Assembly: GCA_009784375.1 (NCBI GenBank) | Contig: WRBV01000001.1 | Location: 18,546-82,545, forward strand | Source of the DNA: Bacillota bacterium | Lineage (GTDB): Bacteria; Bacillota; Clostridia; Christensenellales; UBA1242 | Direction: 5' to 3' | DNA length: 64,000 bases | Part shown: one piece after another, positions 1-9,669 of the stretch | Layout of the letters: every line of letters starts with the position of its first letter | Position numbering within the stretch: position 1 is the stretch's first letter | Program-made: the position numbers and the translations under genes | Notes under the pieces: model-generated | Told to the model about the DNA's origin: nothing | The model's input: only the letters and a program-made list of their open reading frames with translations | Database searches by the model: none

Positions 1-864
1 AACCCCACCTTCCTCGGTGTTTATATTATTTGCGTATGCATGAATGTTCTCGGCGTAACCGTCGTTGTATGCAAAAGCAACTTCGATTTGACTTGTCTTG
101 CCGCCTTTGTCTATATAAATAGTTTGCGGAATAATAAGGTTCTTGTTTCGGTTAAGGTGTTCAACAAACTCGACGATACCACCCTTATAACAAAAATCAT
201 CTGTTCTCTCGCGCCCTGGACGTTTATCGCTTGCCATAATACGCAAGCCCTTGTTAAGAAATGCAACTTCGCGCAGTCTTGAACGAATGGTGTCATAGTT
301 AAAATCAACGCTGTCAAAAATATCGGCGTCTGGCATAAATGTTATTTTTGTACCCGTTTTCTTTGTACTTCCAACTTCTGCAAGTGGTCTTTGTGGAATA
401 CCACGGTTATATGTTTGTTTAAACTCTTTACCATTTTGCCAAATTTGAACATCCAACCATTCTGACAAAGCATTTACAACAGAAATACCAACACCGTGCA
501 ATCCACCCGACACTTTGTACCCGCCCTCACCAAACTTTCCCCCAGCATGCAATTTTGTAAGAACAACCTCGACCGCACTCTTCTTTTCGGTCTTGTGAAT
601 TCCCGTTGGAATACCACGACCGTTGTCGGTAATCGAAACAGAACCATCTTTGTTAATGGTTACATCAATCAAATCACAATGACCTGCAAGTGCTTCGTCG
701 ACCGAGTTATCGACAACCTCGATTATCAAATGATGCAAACCACGTGCATCAGTAGAACCAATATACATCCCTGGACGCTTACGGACTGGGTCAAGCCCCT
801 CTAGCACTTGGATCTGGTCCGAGCCATATTTTGCATCTACTTTTGATATTGTGTTCTTTGCCAT
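1..864 (-). CDS. gyrB: DNA gyrase subunit B, N-terminal ~288 codons (gene continues beyond window start)
   Basis: Absent from the ORF track because there is no in-window stop. Reverse-strand ATG at 864-862 opens MAKNTISKVDAKYGSDQIQVLEGLDPVRKRPGMYIGSTDARGLHHLIIEVVDNSVDEALAGH, the conserved GHKL ATPase N-terminus of GyrB. Confidence 0.9.
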   Translation of the reverse strand, partial: MAKNTISKVDAKYGSDQIQVLEGLDPVRKRPGMYIGSTDARGLHHLIIEVVDNSVDEALAGHCDLIDVTINKDGSVSITDNGRGIPTGIHKTEKKSAVEVVLTKLHAGGKFGEGGYKVSGGLHGVGISVVNALSEWLDVQIWQNGKEFKQTYNRGIPQRPLAEVGSTKKTGTKITFMPDADIFDSVDFNYDTIRSRLREVAFLNKGLRIMASDKRPGRERTDDFCYKGGIVEFVEHLNRNKNLIIPQTIYIDKGGKTSQIEVAFAYNDGYAENIHAYANNINTEEGGV

Positions 865-1215
865 TGTCTAACCCCTTTCACTTACATACATTTTTAGTTT
901 TATGACCAGGGAATTATCGCAGATAATTCCGTATATCAGTCCTTGCTTAGTGTCCAAAAAATGTATCGACCGTCGCAAAGCGACGCACTATTACATTTTT
1001 TATGTGAATACACATAAACCCATTTTTCTTCATTTGTTATGTAATCTCGCCCCAAGTCGATTAATTTAACAGATAATTATAACACATACTCCCCCACACA
1101 TCAACCCTTTTTCACCGCAAAATCGATTTAAAGGCGTCATTTTATTAAAAAACCCGCCCCTCGCCCACAAAAAGGGCTTGATTTTTCAAAGTTTTTTTGA
1201 TATAGTTTACAGCAT

Positions 1216-1292
1216 GGTGGCGTGGCGCAATTGGTTAGCGCACAGGATTCATAACCCTGAGGTTCCCAGTTCGATTCTGGGCGCCACTACCA
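1216..1292 (+). tRNA. tRNA with CAT anticodon (Met, or lysidine-modified Ile2), CCA encoded
   Basis: Cloverleaf by eye: acceptor GGTGGCG/CGCCACT, D-arm GCGC-AATTGGTTA-GCGC, anticodon loop TTCATAA, T-arm CCCAG-TTCGATT-CTGGG, then ACCA. Confidence 0.85.
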
Positions 1293-1293
1293 A

Positions 1294-1635
1294 ATGATCT
1301 TTTACTGTGGCAGATGTAAAATTGTGTTAAAACGTGACGAAAATATTTGTCACTTGTGTGGCAAACGAAAACTAAAAGAACCACAACAAAACGACGTCGT
1401 ATATTTGACAACATTAAACAACGGTCCGCTGTCGGGGATGTTCGAGGACATGTTAAACAACAATAATATTCCCTACATGCGAAAAGAGCCAAAGGGCTCG
1501 ATTCCTATGGCGGTGTTTGCAAAGGCATTTTCATTTGATTACTTTGTTCCATATGGCACACTTGAATTAGCAAAAGAAATACTTGCACTTGTCCCAAAAC
1601 AGTCAAAACCTATTCCCGCATTTCCAATAATCTAA
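1294..1635 (+). CDS. hypothetical small protein with N-terminal CxxC..CxxC zinc-ribbon-like motif
   Basis: ORF track. Motif CGRC...CHLCG. No family recognised. The ATG sits 2 nt after the tRNA 3' end, so the true start is uncertain. Confidence 0.45.
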   Translation: MIFYCGRCKIVLKRDENICHLCGKRKLKEPQQNDVVYLTTLNNGPLSGMFEDMLNNNNIPYMRKEPKGSIPMAVFAKAFSFDYFVPYGTLELAKEILALVPKQSKPIPAFPII

Positions 1636-1679
1636 ATGATAACCCTAAAAAGGGGTCTATTGACTTCTATCAAATCGAT

Positions 1680-2639
1680 ATGATAAAATCATTGATGAAT
1701 ACTCAAGCAAGTTACTTGTTTTTTGATCTAGAAGCAGACCCAGCAACGCTGACGCCAGCAAGTTTCGGTTCGGTTCTTACAAACGACAATTTCGACATAA
1801 TTGAAAGACCTAGCGTAGGGTTTTATCAAAAAAAGAAAAATTACAACAAATCATTAATCAAAACGGTAACTGGCAAAAAATTCGGTTCTGACCCCACAAT
1901 ATTTAAAGAAAAAGAAAAATACATGTATGACATACTTACCCAAGCCGATATGAATTTTGCATTCCATGCACAATGTGATTTGATCACAATACAAAGAATG
2001 TATAAAAAATACAACTTACAAATGCCATTAATATCCAGCTACTGTGTCAAAGAAATACATGACGCGGTATCATATTCGGAAGGGGTAAAAAATGGTACGC
2101 TGTTCGAACGTCTTAAAAGATTCGATATTGATACAAGTCACCTTCGCCCACACTTCTCAGTCGACGATGCCGAAGCCACAAGACTTCTTCTTGATGAGAT
2201 TTGCTATCGGCTTGAACTATGGCCCGAAGAAATCATAGAAAAATACTTTGTTTGCAACTATAACACAATGGACGTAGGTCATGGAATATCACGGCTGGAT
2301 ACATATGTAAATAACGGACTTGCTAAATTATCCGACACAGCCCCTAAAATTTCTATATCTCACCCACTTCAGAGCAGCTTGTCAAAAACCAATGCCTGGC
2401 CATTTTTTGTAAAGAATTTACGAGACAAGGGTATTAATCTCACACGCGACGTTGAACAGGCAACATACTTTGTGTCTGGCGATAATGACGATACATGCAA
2501 AAGAGAATTTCATCTTGATAATGTGAAAGATAAAAATAAACAGCAGACTACTCAAAAGATTAATACACAACAACTATGTTCACTTCTTGATATAGAAAGC
2601 CTCGAGCCACCTGTTGAAAGAACCATAGCTTTTAACTAG
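1680..2639 (+). CDS. DnaQ-like DEDDh 3'-5' exonuclease domain protein with unassigned C-terminal region
   Basis: Exo motifs FFDLEAD (I), FHAQCDL (II), HFSVDDAEAT (III, H-x4-D). Confidence 0.6.
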   Translation: MIKSLMNTQASYLFFDLEADPATLTPASFGSVLTNDNFDIIERPSVGFYQKKKNYNKSLIKTVTGKKFGSDPTIFKEKEKYMYDILTQADMNFAFHAQCDLITIQRMYKKYNLQMPLISSYCVKEIHDAVSYSEGVKNGTLFERLKRFDIDTSHLRPHFSVDDAEATRLLLDEICYRLELWPEEIIEKYFVCNYNTMDVGHGISRLDTYVNNGLAKLSDTAPKISISHPLQSSLSKTNAWPFFVKNLRDKGINLTRDVEQATYFVSGDNDDTCKREFHLDNVKDKNKQQTTQKINTQQLCSLLDIESLEPPVERTIAFN

Positions 2640-2710
2640 TCAAGTTATCCTTGACATTTATTTTTAATTGTGGCAAATTTTGTCTATTATTTTTCAAAGG
2701 AGATAAAAGC

Positions 2711-3133
2711 ATGGAAAGAACATACGTAATGATTAAACCCGACGTAACAACAAGACAAGACGCAGACAACGCAATCGCAGACATCAAAGAAATGATTTTG
2801 AACTTGGGATTGCAAATAACCGCAGACAAAATGTTTGATTTGTCAAAAGAGGTTTTGGCTGAACACTATGCCCACATAGTATCAAAACCATTCTACCCAG
2901 AAATCGAAGAATTTATGACAAGTGGTCCAGTAGTCGGTATGATTGTCGAGGGCAAAAACGCAGTCGAAAAAATGGGCATGCTTCGTGGACCAACCGACCC
3001 AGCAGGCTGGGGAACTGACACTATCCGTGCAAAATATGGAAAAGACATCGGGACAAACGCAATCCACAGCTCGGATTCAATCGAAAACGCCGAAATCGAG
3101 ATTGTAAGATTTTTCGCAGAAGATGTTGTATAA
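2711..3133 (+). CDS. ndk: nucleoside diphosphate kinase
   Basis: MERTYVMIKPD..., GTDTIRAKYG, NAIHSSDS. GGAG RBS precedes ATG 2711. The track ORF starts earlier at 2651. Confidence 0.9.
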   Translation: MERTYVMIKPDVTTRQDADNAIADIKEMILNLGLQITADKMFDLSKEVLAEHYAHIVSKPFYPEIEEFMTSGPVVGMIVEGKNAVEKMGMLRGPTDPAGWGTDTIRAKYGKDIGTNAIHSSDSIENAEIEIVRFFAEDVV

Positions 3134-3148
3134 ATCTTAGCTTTAAAC

Positions 3149-3176
3149 AAAACCGCTCGCAACTGGGCGGTTTTTT
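3149..3176 (+). terminator. probable intrinsic terminator after ndk
   Basis: AACCGC..GCGGTT stem followed by a TTTTTT run. Confidence 0.5.
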
Positions 3177-3316
3177 AAATCTACAGCCATGTCATTGCAA
3201 GGAAGGACAGACCGCCGAGATTGAGGGTACAGAACACAACTTCTCTCTACACATACAATCATTTTAAATTTTTATTTTCCTATGTTATATTTGTGTAAAC
3301 TATTCATGGGGGAATT

Positions 3317-4381
3317 ATGATAAAAAAGCTGCCTACTCCTGCAGAGATTCGCGCACACCTTGACGAATATGTCATTGGTCAAGACGATGCAAAACGTGTT
3401 TTATCAGTATCTATTTATAACCACTACAAACGAATAATGCATACAGACACCGACGTTGAAATTACAAAGAGTAACGTTTTAATGATAGGTCCTACTGGTG
3501 TTGGTAAAACTTATATTGTCCAAACACTTGCCCGCATGTTGGATGTACCATTTGCCATGTCTGATGCGACAACTTTGGTTGGTGCAGACAGCGTAAGCGA
3601 AGAAATCCAAAACATTATATTAAAGCTTTATCAAAATTCAAATTACGACATCAAACAAGCCGAACTTGGAATGGTTTACATAGACGAGGTTGACAAGCTT
3701 GCATCTAAATTCAACCGAGGCGGTGAAGCAATTCAACAAGCCTTGCTTAAAACCATCGAGGGTTCGATTGCAACAATTAACACACCAAATGGTCCAGTTG
3801 ATATCGACACAAAGAATATCCTGTTTGTTGGGGGTGGTGCGTTTGTCGGGCTTAACATTCTTGTTAAATCACGACTGACTGGAAGCACTATTGTTCTTGA
3901 TGAAAATGAATCAAACCAATTAATAAAGGACGCAGCGGTATCCGATTTTGCAAAATTTGGTCTTATACCCGAATTCATTGGTCGACTTCAAGTTATTGTT
4001 ACGTTAAACGCACTTGATAAACAAGCATTGGTCGATATACTAACAAAACCAAAGAATGCACTTGTTACACAATATAAAAAGCTTTTTGCTATGGACGGCG
4101 TCGAACTTGTCTTTGATGAAGAAAGTTTACTTAAAATCGCAGAAAAGGCATCAGCCCTTAAGACTGGGGCACGTGGTCTTCGTACCGTTCTCGAAAGACA
4201 TCTGCGCGACATCATGTATGATTCGCCTAGTGCAAAGAATTTGAACAAAGTCACAATAAATGCAGACTTCATCAATAAAGAGGGCGAGGCAACATTTGAT
4301 TACGTCGAAGCCAAACCCGAGGACGAGCTACAACCAATCGCACCGCGCATTGCACGAAGCATAATTGCCGACAACAACTAG
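3317..4381 (+). CDS. ClpX-family AAA+ ATPase lacking the N-terminal zinc-binding domain, with degenerate pore-1, RKH and IGF loops
   Basis: LPTPAEIRAHLDEYVIGQDDAKRVLSVSIYNHYKR, Walker A GPTGVGKT, Walker B VYIDEVDK, FGLIPEFIGRL, sensor-2 TGARGLR. GYVG is replaced by DSVS and GIGFG by TIVLD. Confidence 0.85.
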   Translation: MIKKLPTPAEIRAHLDEYVIGQDDAKRVLSVSIYNHYKRIMHTDTDVEITKSNVLMIGPTGVGKTYIVQTLARMLDVPFAMSDATTLVGADSVSEEIQNIILKLYQNSNYDIKQAELGMVYIDEVDKLASKFNRGGEAIQQALLKTIEGSIATINTPNGPVDIDTKNILFVGGGAFVGLNILVKSRLTGSTIVLDENESNQLIKDAAVSDFAKFGLIPEFIGRLQVIVTLNALDKQALVDILTKPKNALVTQYKKLFAMDGVELVFDEESLLKIAEKASALKTGARGLRTVLERHLRDIMYDSPSAKNLNKVTINADFINKEGEATFDYVEAKPEDELQPIAPRIARSIIADNN

Positions 4382-4398
4382 TTAAAAGGAGCCTTATC

Positions 4399-5163
4399 TT
4401 GAAACAAACAATTAAGTACGAAAATGGCGATAAATATGTTGGACACGTCCAAGATGGCGCACGACATGGCATCGGTGTGTATTTTTTTGCCAATGGCAAC
4501 AAGTACGAAGGCTTTTGGCAAATTGGTCGAAAGCATGGGAAAGGTACATATATTTTCAAGAGTAAAACCGAATACATAGGCTATTGGCAAGACGATAAAA
4601 AGCATGGCAAAGGTATCTATCTTTACGCAAACGGTGACAAGTTTTCGGGTACATGGAAAAATGGATTCAAAGAAATAGGTCAGTACACATTTGGAAATGG
4701 CGATATATACGAAGGTCGCTTTCAAAACAACAAATTTCATGGCAAAGGTCAATACACCTATTCAAATGGTAATAGGTACAATGGCGATTGGGCTGACGGC
4801 AAACAAAATGGGCTAGGTGTACTCTACTATGCAAATGGTGGACGATACGAAGGAGAATGGTTAAACGACTTGCGACACGGAAAAGGCACGCTTATATTAC
4901 CAAGTGGTTATGGTGGATATTCTGGCACTTGGGTTGATGACAAGCGAGAAGGCAAAGGTTCAACCCACTTTGCAAATGGAGAACAATATGGCGGCGAATG
5001 GCAAAATGGCAAAATGCATGGACATGGTATATATGTTTATCCAAGCGGAGAACGATTCGAAGGTATTTGGGTAAACGGACAAAAGCATGGCAAAGGTACA
5101 ACCTACCACGCGGACGGTTCAAAGACGGTAACAATTTATGAACACGACAATAGAATACATTAA
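4399..5163 (+). CDS. MORN-repeat protein
   Basis: About ten tandem YxGxWxxGxxHGxG repeats. TTG start preceded by an AAAGGAG RBS. Confidence 0.8.
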   Translation: MKQTIKYENGDKYVGHVQDGARHGIGVYFFANGNKYEGFWQIGRKHGKGTYIFKSKTEYIGYWQDDKKHGKGIYLYANGDKFSGTWKNGFKEIGQYTFGNGDIYEGRFQNNKFHGKGQYTYSNGNRYNGDWADGKQNGLGVLYYANGGRYEGEWLNDLRHGKGTLILPSGYGGYSGTWVDDKREGKGSTHFANGEQYGGEWQNGKMHGHGIYVYPSGERFEGIWVNGQKHGKGTTYHADGSKTVTIYEHDNRIH

Positions 5164-5202
5164 ATTAAAAAATCGCAATATGCGATTTTTATAACCCTAT
5201 GT

Positions 5203-5799
5203 CTAAATACCCATAATTTTTCGTTTTTTGGCTTCGAATTCTTCTTGAGTTATAAAACCCTCATCGGCAAGTTTTTTGAAATGCATTATACGTTTTGTCA
5301 TCTTTTCATCACACATTGGATCAATCGGGACTTGCGCTGGTATAACATATTGCGGGGACTCGTTAAGTCGCGCACTCGATGTTCTTAAACAATCCATATG
5401 AGAAATCACAGCTTTGTAAACTTTTTTCATACACTTTGGAACGAATAACGCAGAAAACACATCGTCTATTGTTTGAAATACAATTTCCCCCGCCATGTAA
5501 TAAGTCTTCTTTGTAATATCGTTAATGTTTTTTAACATAACCTGTTTACTTCGTTCACGAGTCACAACACCATGTTGACCAATAATAATCTTTTTATTAG
5601 TAAGTGCAAACGCAGACACCCCGATATTGTTCTTGGCATTAATTTTATATTCGGCAAGAAAAGTCAACACCACATCGTCCTCGGGTGTTAAATAATTTGC
5701 AATAACCTCGAAATGCTTGAGCCCACGCCTTATAAAAAGTGCGTCACGACCATAACCATTTTTTATGGCAAATTCATACATTTCTAATGCTGTTCTCAT
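5203..5799 (-). CDS. hypothetical protein with C-terminal SHOCT-like motif
   Basis: C-terminus KLADEGFITQEEFEAKKRKIMGI resembles the SHOCT short oligomerisation motif. Lies 39 nt downstream of the helicase on the same strand. Confidence 0.55.
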   Translation of the reverse strand: MRTALEMYEFAIKNGYGRDALFIRRGLKHFEVIANYLTPEDDVVLTFLAEYKINAKNNIGVSAFALTNKKIIIGQHGVVTRERSKQVMLKNINDITKKTYYMAGEIVFQTIDDVFSALFVPKCMKKVYKAVISHMDCLRTSSARLNESPQYVIPAQVPIDPMCDEKMTKRIMHFKKLADEGFITQEEFEAKKRKIMGI

Positions 5800-5838
5800 G
5801 TTAATATAATATCACACAACTTATCTAATTATTAAGCT

Positions 5839-8800
5839 TTATTTCTTTGAATTATTCAAAACCAATCTTTCCTGCTCTTTCTTTGCAATCTTGTCGATTT
5901 GTGAAATTACCTTTGAACGATGTAACCACCAATCTCTACTCCATACTCGTAAAATCTTCCAACCACGACTTTCCATGAATGCTGTACGAAATACATAACG
6001 TTCAAGAACACTTGAACTCGAGCGGAATGCCGTATCGTCACATTCAATTCCGACTAAATAGGTATCAAATTTCTTGTCATATATCGCCAAAGATAATTTG
6101 TAACTATTATTACCAAGATCTGCCTCGACGCTGTATCCAAGTTTTTCAAGTGCCACTTTTATTTCGTCTGCAATTCCTATTGATTTATTTTGTGCCATAT
6201 CGCTCGGTCTGAAACTCTCAAGAATGTATTGAACCTCTTTCGATTTTCCAGCAGATACCGCACGCACATATTGAAGATATTTTTTAAACAACTTTGGTCC
6301 AAGATTTTTTGTACCATCAACATTAAGCTCTTCGGGTTCAATACTTGTTACAACATAAATTTTCTTTTTTGCCCTTGTAATTGCAACGTTAAGACGATTT
6401 TCTCCACCCTCTATATTCAATGGTCCGAAATGAGATATAACTTTACCGTGCTCATTCTGAGCATACCCTATGCTGAAAATAATTATGTCACGTTCGTCAC
6501 CTTGGACGTTTTCGATATTTTTGACAAAGATACTTACATCTTCTCCGTTCTCACGCCTGTTCTTTTCTTTTAATAATTGATTACGGAATTTTTCATCTTT
6601 CAAAGACTCTTTGTCAACAAGGTCTTCTATAAGGTTTTCTTGTTCGGCGTTAAATGTAACTATTCCGATAGTTTCATTTGACTTGCGAGAATTTAACAAT
6701 TTCTTCAACAACTTGACAATCTCGATCGCCTCTTCTTTATTTTTTCTGTCTATCCATTTTCCCGAGACTTTTATACGTTCTATTGGCTTGGTCTGGATAT
6801 TTTTTGACAAGTTCGGAGCAATCTGCAGGCGACAATCATAAAAGGCATAGTTAGAAAATGTAATAAATTCCTCATGTAAACTTCGGTAATGATAATTCAA
6901 ATTCACGCTGTTGTATCGACTTGTCGCAAGGTCAAGCAAACTCTCGACCTCTAATGCCGCTTGGGTACTTAGGTCAAGATCATAAAAATCTGTACCCATA
7001 TACCGACGTATAAAGAGTGCAGTTGGACGAAGTTGTTTATTATCCCCCGCAATTGCGATGTGACGTCCACGATAAATTGTTGGAAGTGTATTTTCAATAA
7101 ACACTTGACTTGCTTCATCAAATAATATGAGATCAAATAAATTTTCTTTTAATGGCATGATCGTAGATACATTCTCGGGCGACACAAGCCAACATGGAAA
7201 TAACGTAAGCATAAGGTCGCTATAGGTATCCATTAATTTACGAATTGTCCAAAGATTTTGTTGTTTGTTAATTTGGTAAAAGAAATTTTTGTTTTCGGGC
7301 GTACTCTTGTACAATGTTGAATAATTCTTCTTGAACATATCAAGACAAATTTGTTTTACCGTTTCTCTTTGCTCCTCTTTTAACGAAATTATCCTTGTAC
7401 GCATATTTTCAAAATCCATGATTTTTGCAAGACGATTCTTGTATACATCCTCCGCCAAAACAAGCTCGTGATATACCCTTGCATGCAGCAATTTTTCTAT
7501 AACATCTTTAAAACATTTTAAGCCTTTTGAATTTTTATAAGCAAAGTTCAATACAAGCTTTTCCATGTCTGTCATTTCTTGCATATTTAAATTCATGTCA
7601 CGAACATCAACATAATTATCAAGCGCATTTGACAACATCTTTAAAAACAATGTGTTTCCATACAAAATATTTTCAAGCGTCATAGCAAAACCTTTTTTGT
7701 CCAAAATGGTTTCAAGCAAAGCAAACTCATCAACATATGTTTTTATTCCTTGCATAGCCTGTTCAAAGTTATCCGAAATTTGTTTTGCATCTTTTCGCTC
7801 GATCTTTGCAATAAATTTTACAATAGGTTTTAAATCGCTTTTACTTGAAAGGTCATTCTCCAAATAGAATGCAAGTAATTGTCGCGCGTTTGGATATCTA
7901 CTCATATCAAATGGCACAATTTTCTTGCCCGAAAATCCATCAATGAATGTTTTTGCCGTATTAATTGTATGAACACTTAAATCATTTTTAATATGGTTTA
8001 CAAGTGGGTTTTGCGCCTGCATTTCCAATCTTTTGTAATATAAATCGCTTTTTCTTTTTTCTTTTATAACTCGAATAGTATTGTCAAGTTCATGATACCT
8101 CAAAGCCATGACTTTTGGGTTTTGCAACATGCTCTCATAAACTTGCCGCTCGGTCACATCTTTTCCGAATATGTAGCTCATGGCGTACATTTCTTGTAAA
8201 CTTGGTCCAAATGCAGTCGGAGTAAACAAGGTGTCCGAAATGGTCTGCAACGCTTCTACTTCCGAGTCTATCGTATTCTTTATCTCTTTATATTTGGTTT
8301 CATTGTTCGTTGCATCGCCCAAAGCATGTGTTTCAATAATCGACAAATGCGTTGCCTTTGTTCGTGCATAAAAGTCGTTTTTGTGTTTCTCGGGGTCGGT
8401 AACATACATAACCTTGTCATTCAAGATTCCAAGTCGGTTATAAATAACATCCAATGCCGCCTTTTTTTGCGACACAACCAAAACCCGTTTATTCTTACAA
8501 AGTGCATCGGTTATGACGTTGACCAATGTTTGGCTCTTTCCCGTTCCTGGCGGACCATATATAACCATATTTCCATGTTGATTAAGCTTCTCTATCGCTT
8601 CTTCCTGTGCAAAGTCAAGCGAGTTCACGGCGTAAAGGTTGCTGTCTGGATTTTTTATTTTTCCAACCTCGCGATTTTCAAGAAGGCTGCGAATTGCTGC
8701 CGTGCCTTTTCTTTTTTCAAGTTCGCGGTAATCATTATAAATAGCATTTGCAAGCGGGAACCGCCCAAGAATCGAATAATGCTTTACCTCGATTGGGTCA

Positions 8801-9576
8801 CCCAAATGTGGTTCTTTTACACGGTTAAAGCCAAACATACCTTTTCGTTGCGGATGTTGCATTTTAAATCCAAACGTACGCAAATATGAAACAATATCAT
8901 CAATTGTTTTAAACTTCATTTCTTGCATGGTATCAAATTCTTGCACCATGTCATCTATGTCCAGATTAAAACGCTGGGCATATGCCATGATAAAGACTTT
9001 GTTAAATTGGATTTGTTCATCTGCTTTTAGTTCGATAATCGCTGTTGTCTCGTTCTCTATGTGTATCACCGCTGGGAAAAGCAAAAGTGGCGCACGGACA
9101 ACGGTCTCTCGCCCAATACAACCCTCGACAAACGGATAACCAATAAATAATTCATATCGACCAGTCTCACTTGCGATTTCTTCGATTTCACGCTTGAGCA
9201 ATTTCAAATCGTTGACTTGGGATATTATTATCTTTTTTTCTTCGTCACGCTGGATACGTGCACGACGTAAATTTTCATTAGCAACTTCCGCCTTTTTCAT
9301 AGGGCGTTCGTCCTTATATTGTGCCTTTACCACCTTTTCAACGTCAAGATTACGACAAATTCGCTCCTTTGAATCCTTGTTTACAAGAGCATATGTCGTA
9401 CGCTTTTTGTTCCACAAAAAATCATGGAAATCATCAATCGCCTTGTAATCTCCATCCAAAATTCTGCCTATGTCATAGGCGGTTTTTTTACTTACACTCT
9501 TAGAGTACAAGCTTCGGCTTCGTCCACTTATTTCAACAAGCCTGTCACGGTAATATCTATAAATTTTCTTCACCAT
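5839..9576 (-). CDS. large SF1 (Upf1/DNA2-like) helicase with C-terminal Vsr/DUF559-like restriction-endonuclease-fold domain
   Basis: Walker A GPPGTGKSQT, motif II FDEASQ, motif VI LNVAITRAKKK. C-terminal YLVGIECDD...ERYVFRTAFMESRGWKILRVWSRDWW. Confidence 0.8.
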   Translation of the reverse strand: MVKKIYRYYRDRLVEISGRSRSLYSKSVSKKTAYDIGRILDGDYKAIDDFHDFLWNKKRTTYALVNKDSKERICRNLDVEKVVKAQYKDERPMKKAEVANENLRRARIQRDEEKKIIISQVNDLKLLKREIEEIASETGRYELFIGYPFVEGCIGRETVVRAPLLLFPAVIHIENETTAIIELKADEQIQFNKVFIMAYAQRFNLDIDDMVQEFDTMQEMKFKTIDDIVSYLRTFGFKMQHPQRKGMFGFNRVKEPHLGDPIEVKHYSILGRFPLANAIYNDYRELEKRKGTAAIRSLLENREVGKIKNPDSNLYAVNSLDFAQEEAIEKLNQHGNMVIYGPPGTGKSQTLVNVITDALCKNKRVLVVSQKKAALDVIYNRLGILNDKVMYVTDPEKHKNDFYARTKATHLSIIETHALGDATNNETKYKEIKNTIDSEVEALQTISDTLFTPTAFGPSLQEMYAMSYIFGKDVTERQVYESMLQNPKVMALRYHELDNTIRVIKEKRKSDLYYKRLEMQAQNPLVNHIKNDLSVHTINTAKTFIDGFSGKKIVPFDMSRYPNARQLLAFYLENDLSSKSDLKPIVKFIAKIERKDAKQISDNFEQAMQGIKTYVDEFALLETILDKKGFAMTLENILYGNTLFLKMLSNALDNYVDVRDMNLNMQEMTDMEKLVLNFAYKNSKGLKCFKDVIEKLLHARVYHELVLAEDVYKNRLAKIMDFENMRTRIISLKEEQRETVKQICLDMFKKNYSTLYKSTPENKNFFYQINKQQNLWTIRKLMDTYSDLMLTLFPCWLVSPENVSTIMPLKENLFDLILFDEASQVFIENTLPTIYRGRHIAIAGDNKQLRPTALFIRRYMGTDFYDLDLSTQAALEVESLLDLATSRYNSVNLNYHYRSLHEEFITFSNYAFYDCRLQIAPNLSKNIQTKPIERIKVSGKWIDRKNKEEAIEIVKLLKKLLNSRKSNETIGIVTFNAEQENLIEDLVDKESLKDEKFRNQLLKEKNRRENGEDVSIFVKNIENVQGDERDIIIFSIGYAQNEHGKVISHFGPLNIEGGENRLNVAITRAKKKIYVVTSIEPEELNVDGTKNLGPKLFKKYLQYVRAVSAGKSKEVQYILESFRPSDMAQNKSIGIADEIKVALEKLGYSVEADLGNNSYKLSLAIYDKKFDTYLVGIECDDTAFRSSSSVLERYVFRTAFMESRGWKILRVWSRDWWLHRSKVISQIDKIAKKEQERLVLNNSKK

Positions 9577-9620
9577 CCAATATACTATGAATTTTATATT
9601 TAGGCAATTCTACACGCAAA

Positions 9621-9651
9621 CAAAAAAGCCCTGTGTGGGACAGGGCTTTTT
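9621..9651 (-). terminator. intrinsic terminator downstream of the MIP channel gene
   Basis: AGCCCTG / CAGGGCT 7-bp stem flanked by an A-run and a T-run. Confidence 0.7.
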
Positions 9652-9669
9652 ATAGTAAGTAAAATTAAA

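Noticed and set aside
910-930. The perfect 9-bp inverted repeat GGAATTATC-GCA-GATAATTCC in the gyrB 5' region
   Set aside because: It could be an operator or a 5'-UTR hairpin. It is a single short palindrome in AT-rich DNA with no second copy or recognisable binding consensus, which is too weak to call.
8326-8889. A 187-aa + strand ORF, along with many similar ORFs at 6190-6573, 9194-9448, 29291-29959, 33780-34508, 25642-26151, 21703-22263 and 38246-38710
   Set aside because: All lie antisense to, or out of frame within, strongly supported genes (helicase, dnaN, pyk, cvpA, the 775-aa membrane protein, leuS). They have low-complexity or Cys/Ser/Leu-rich composition and no RBS.
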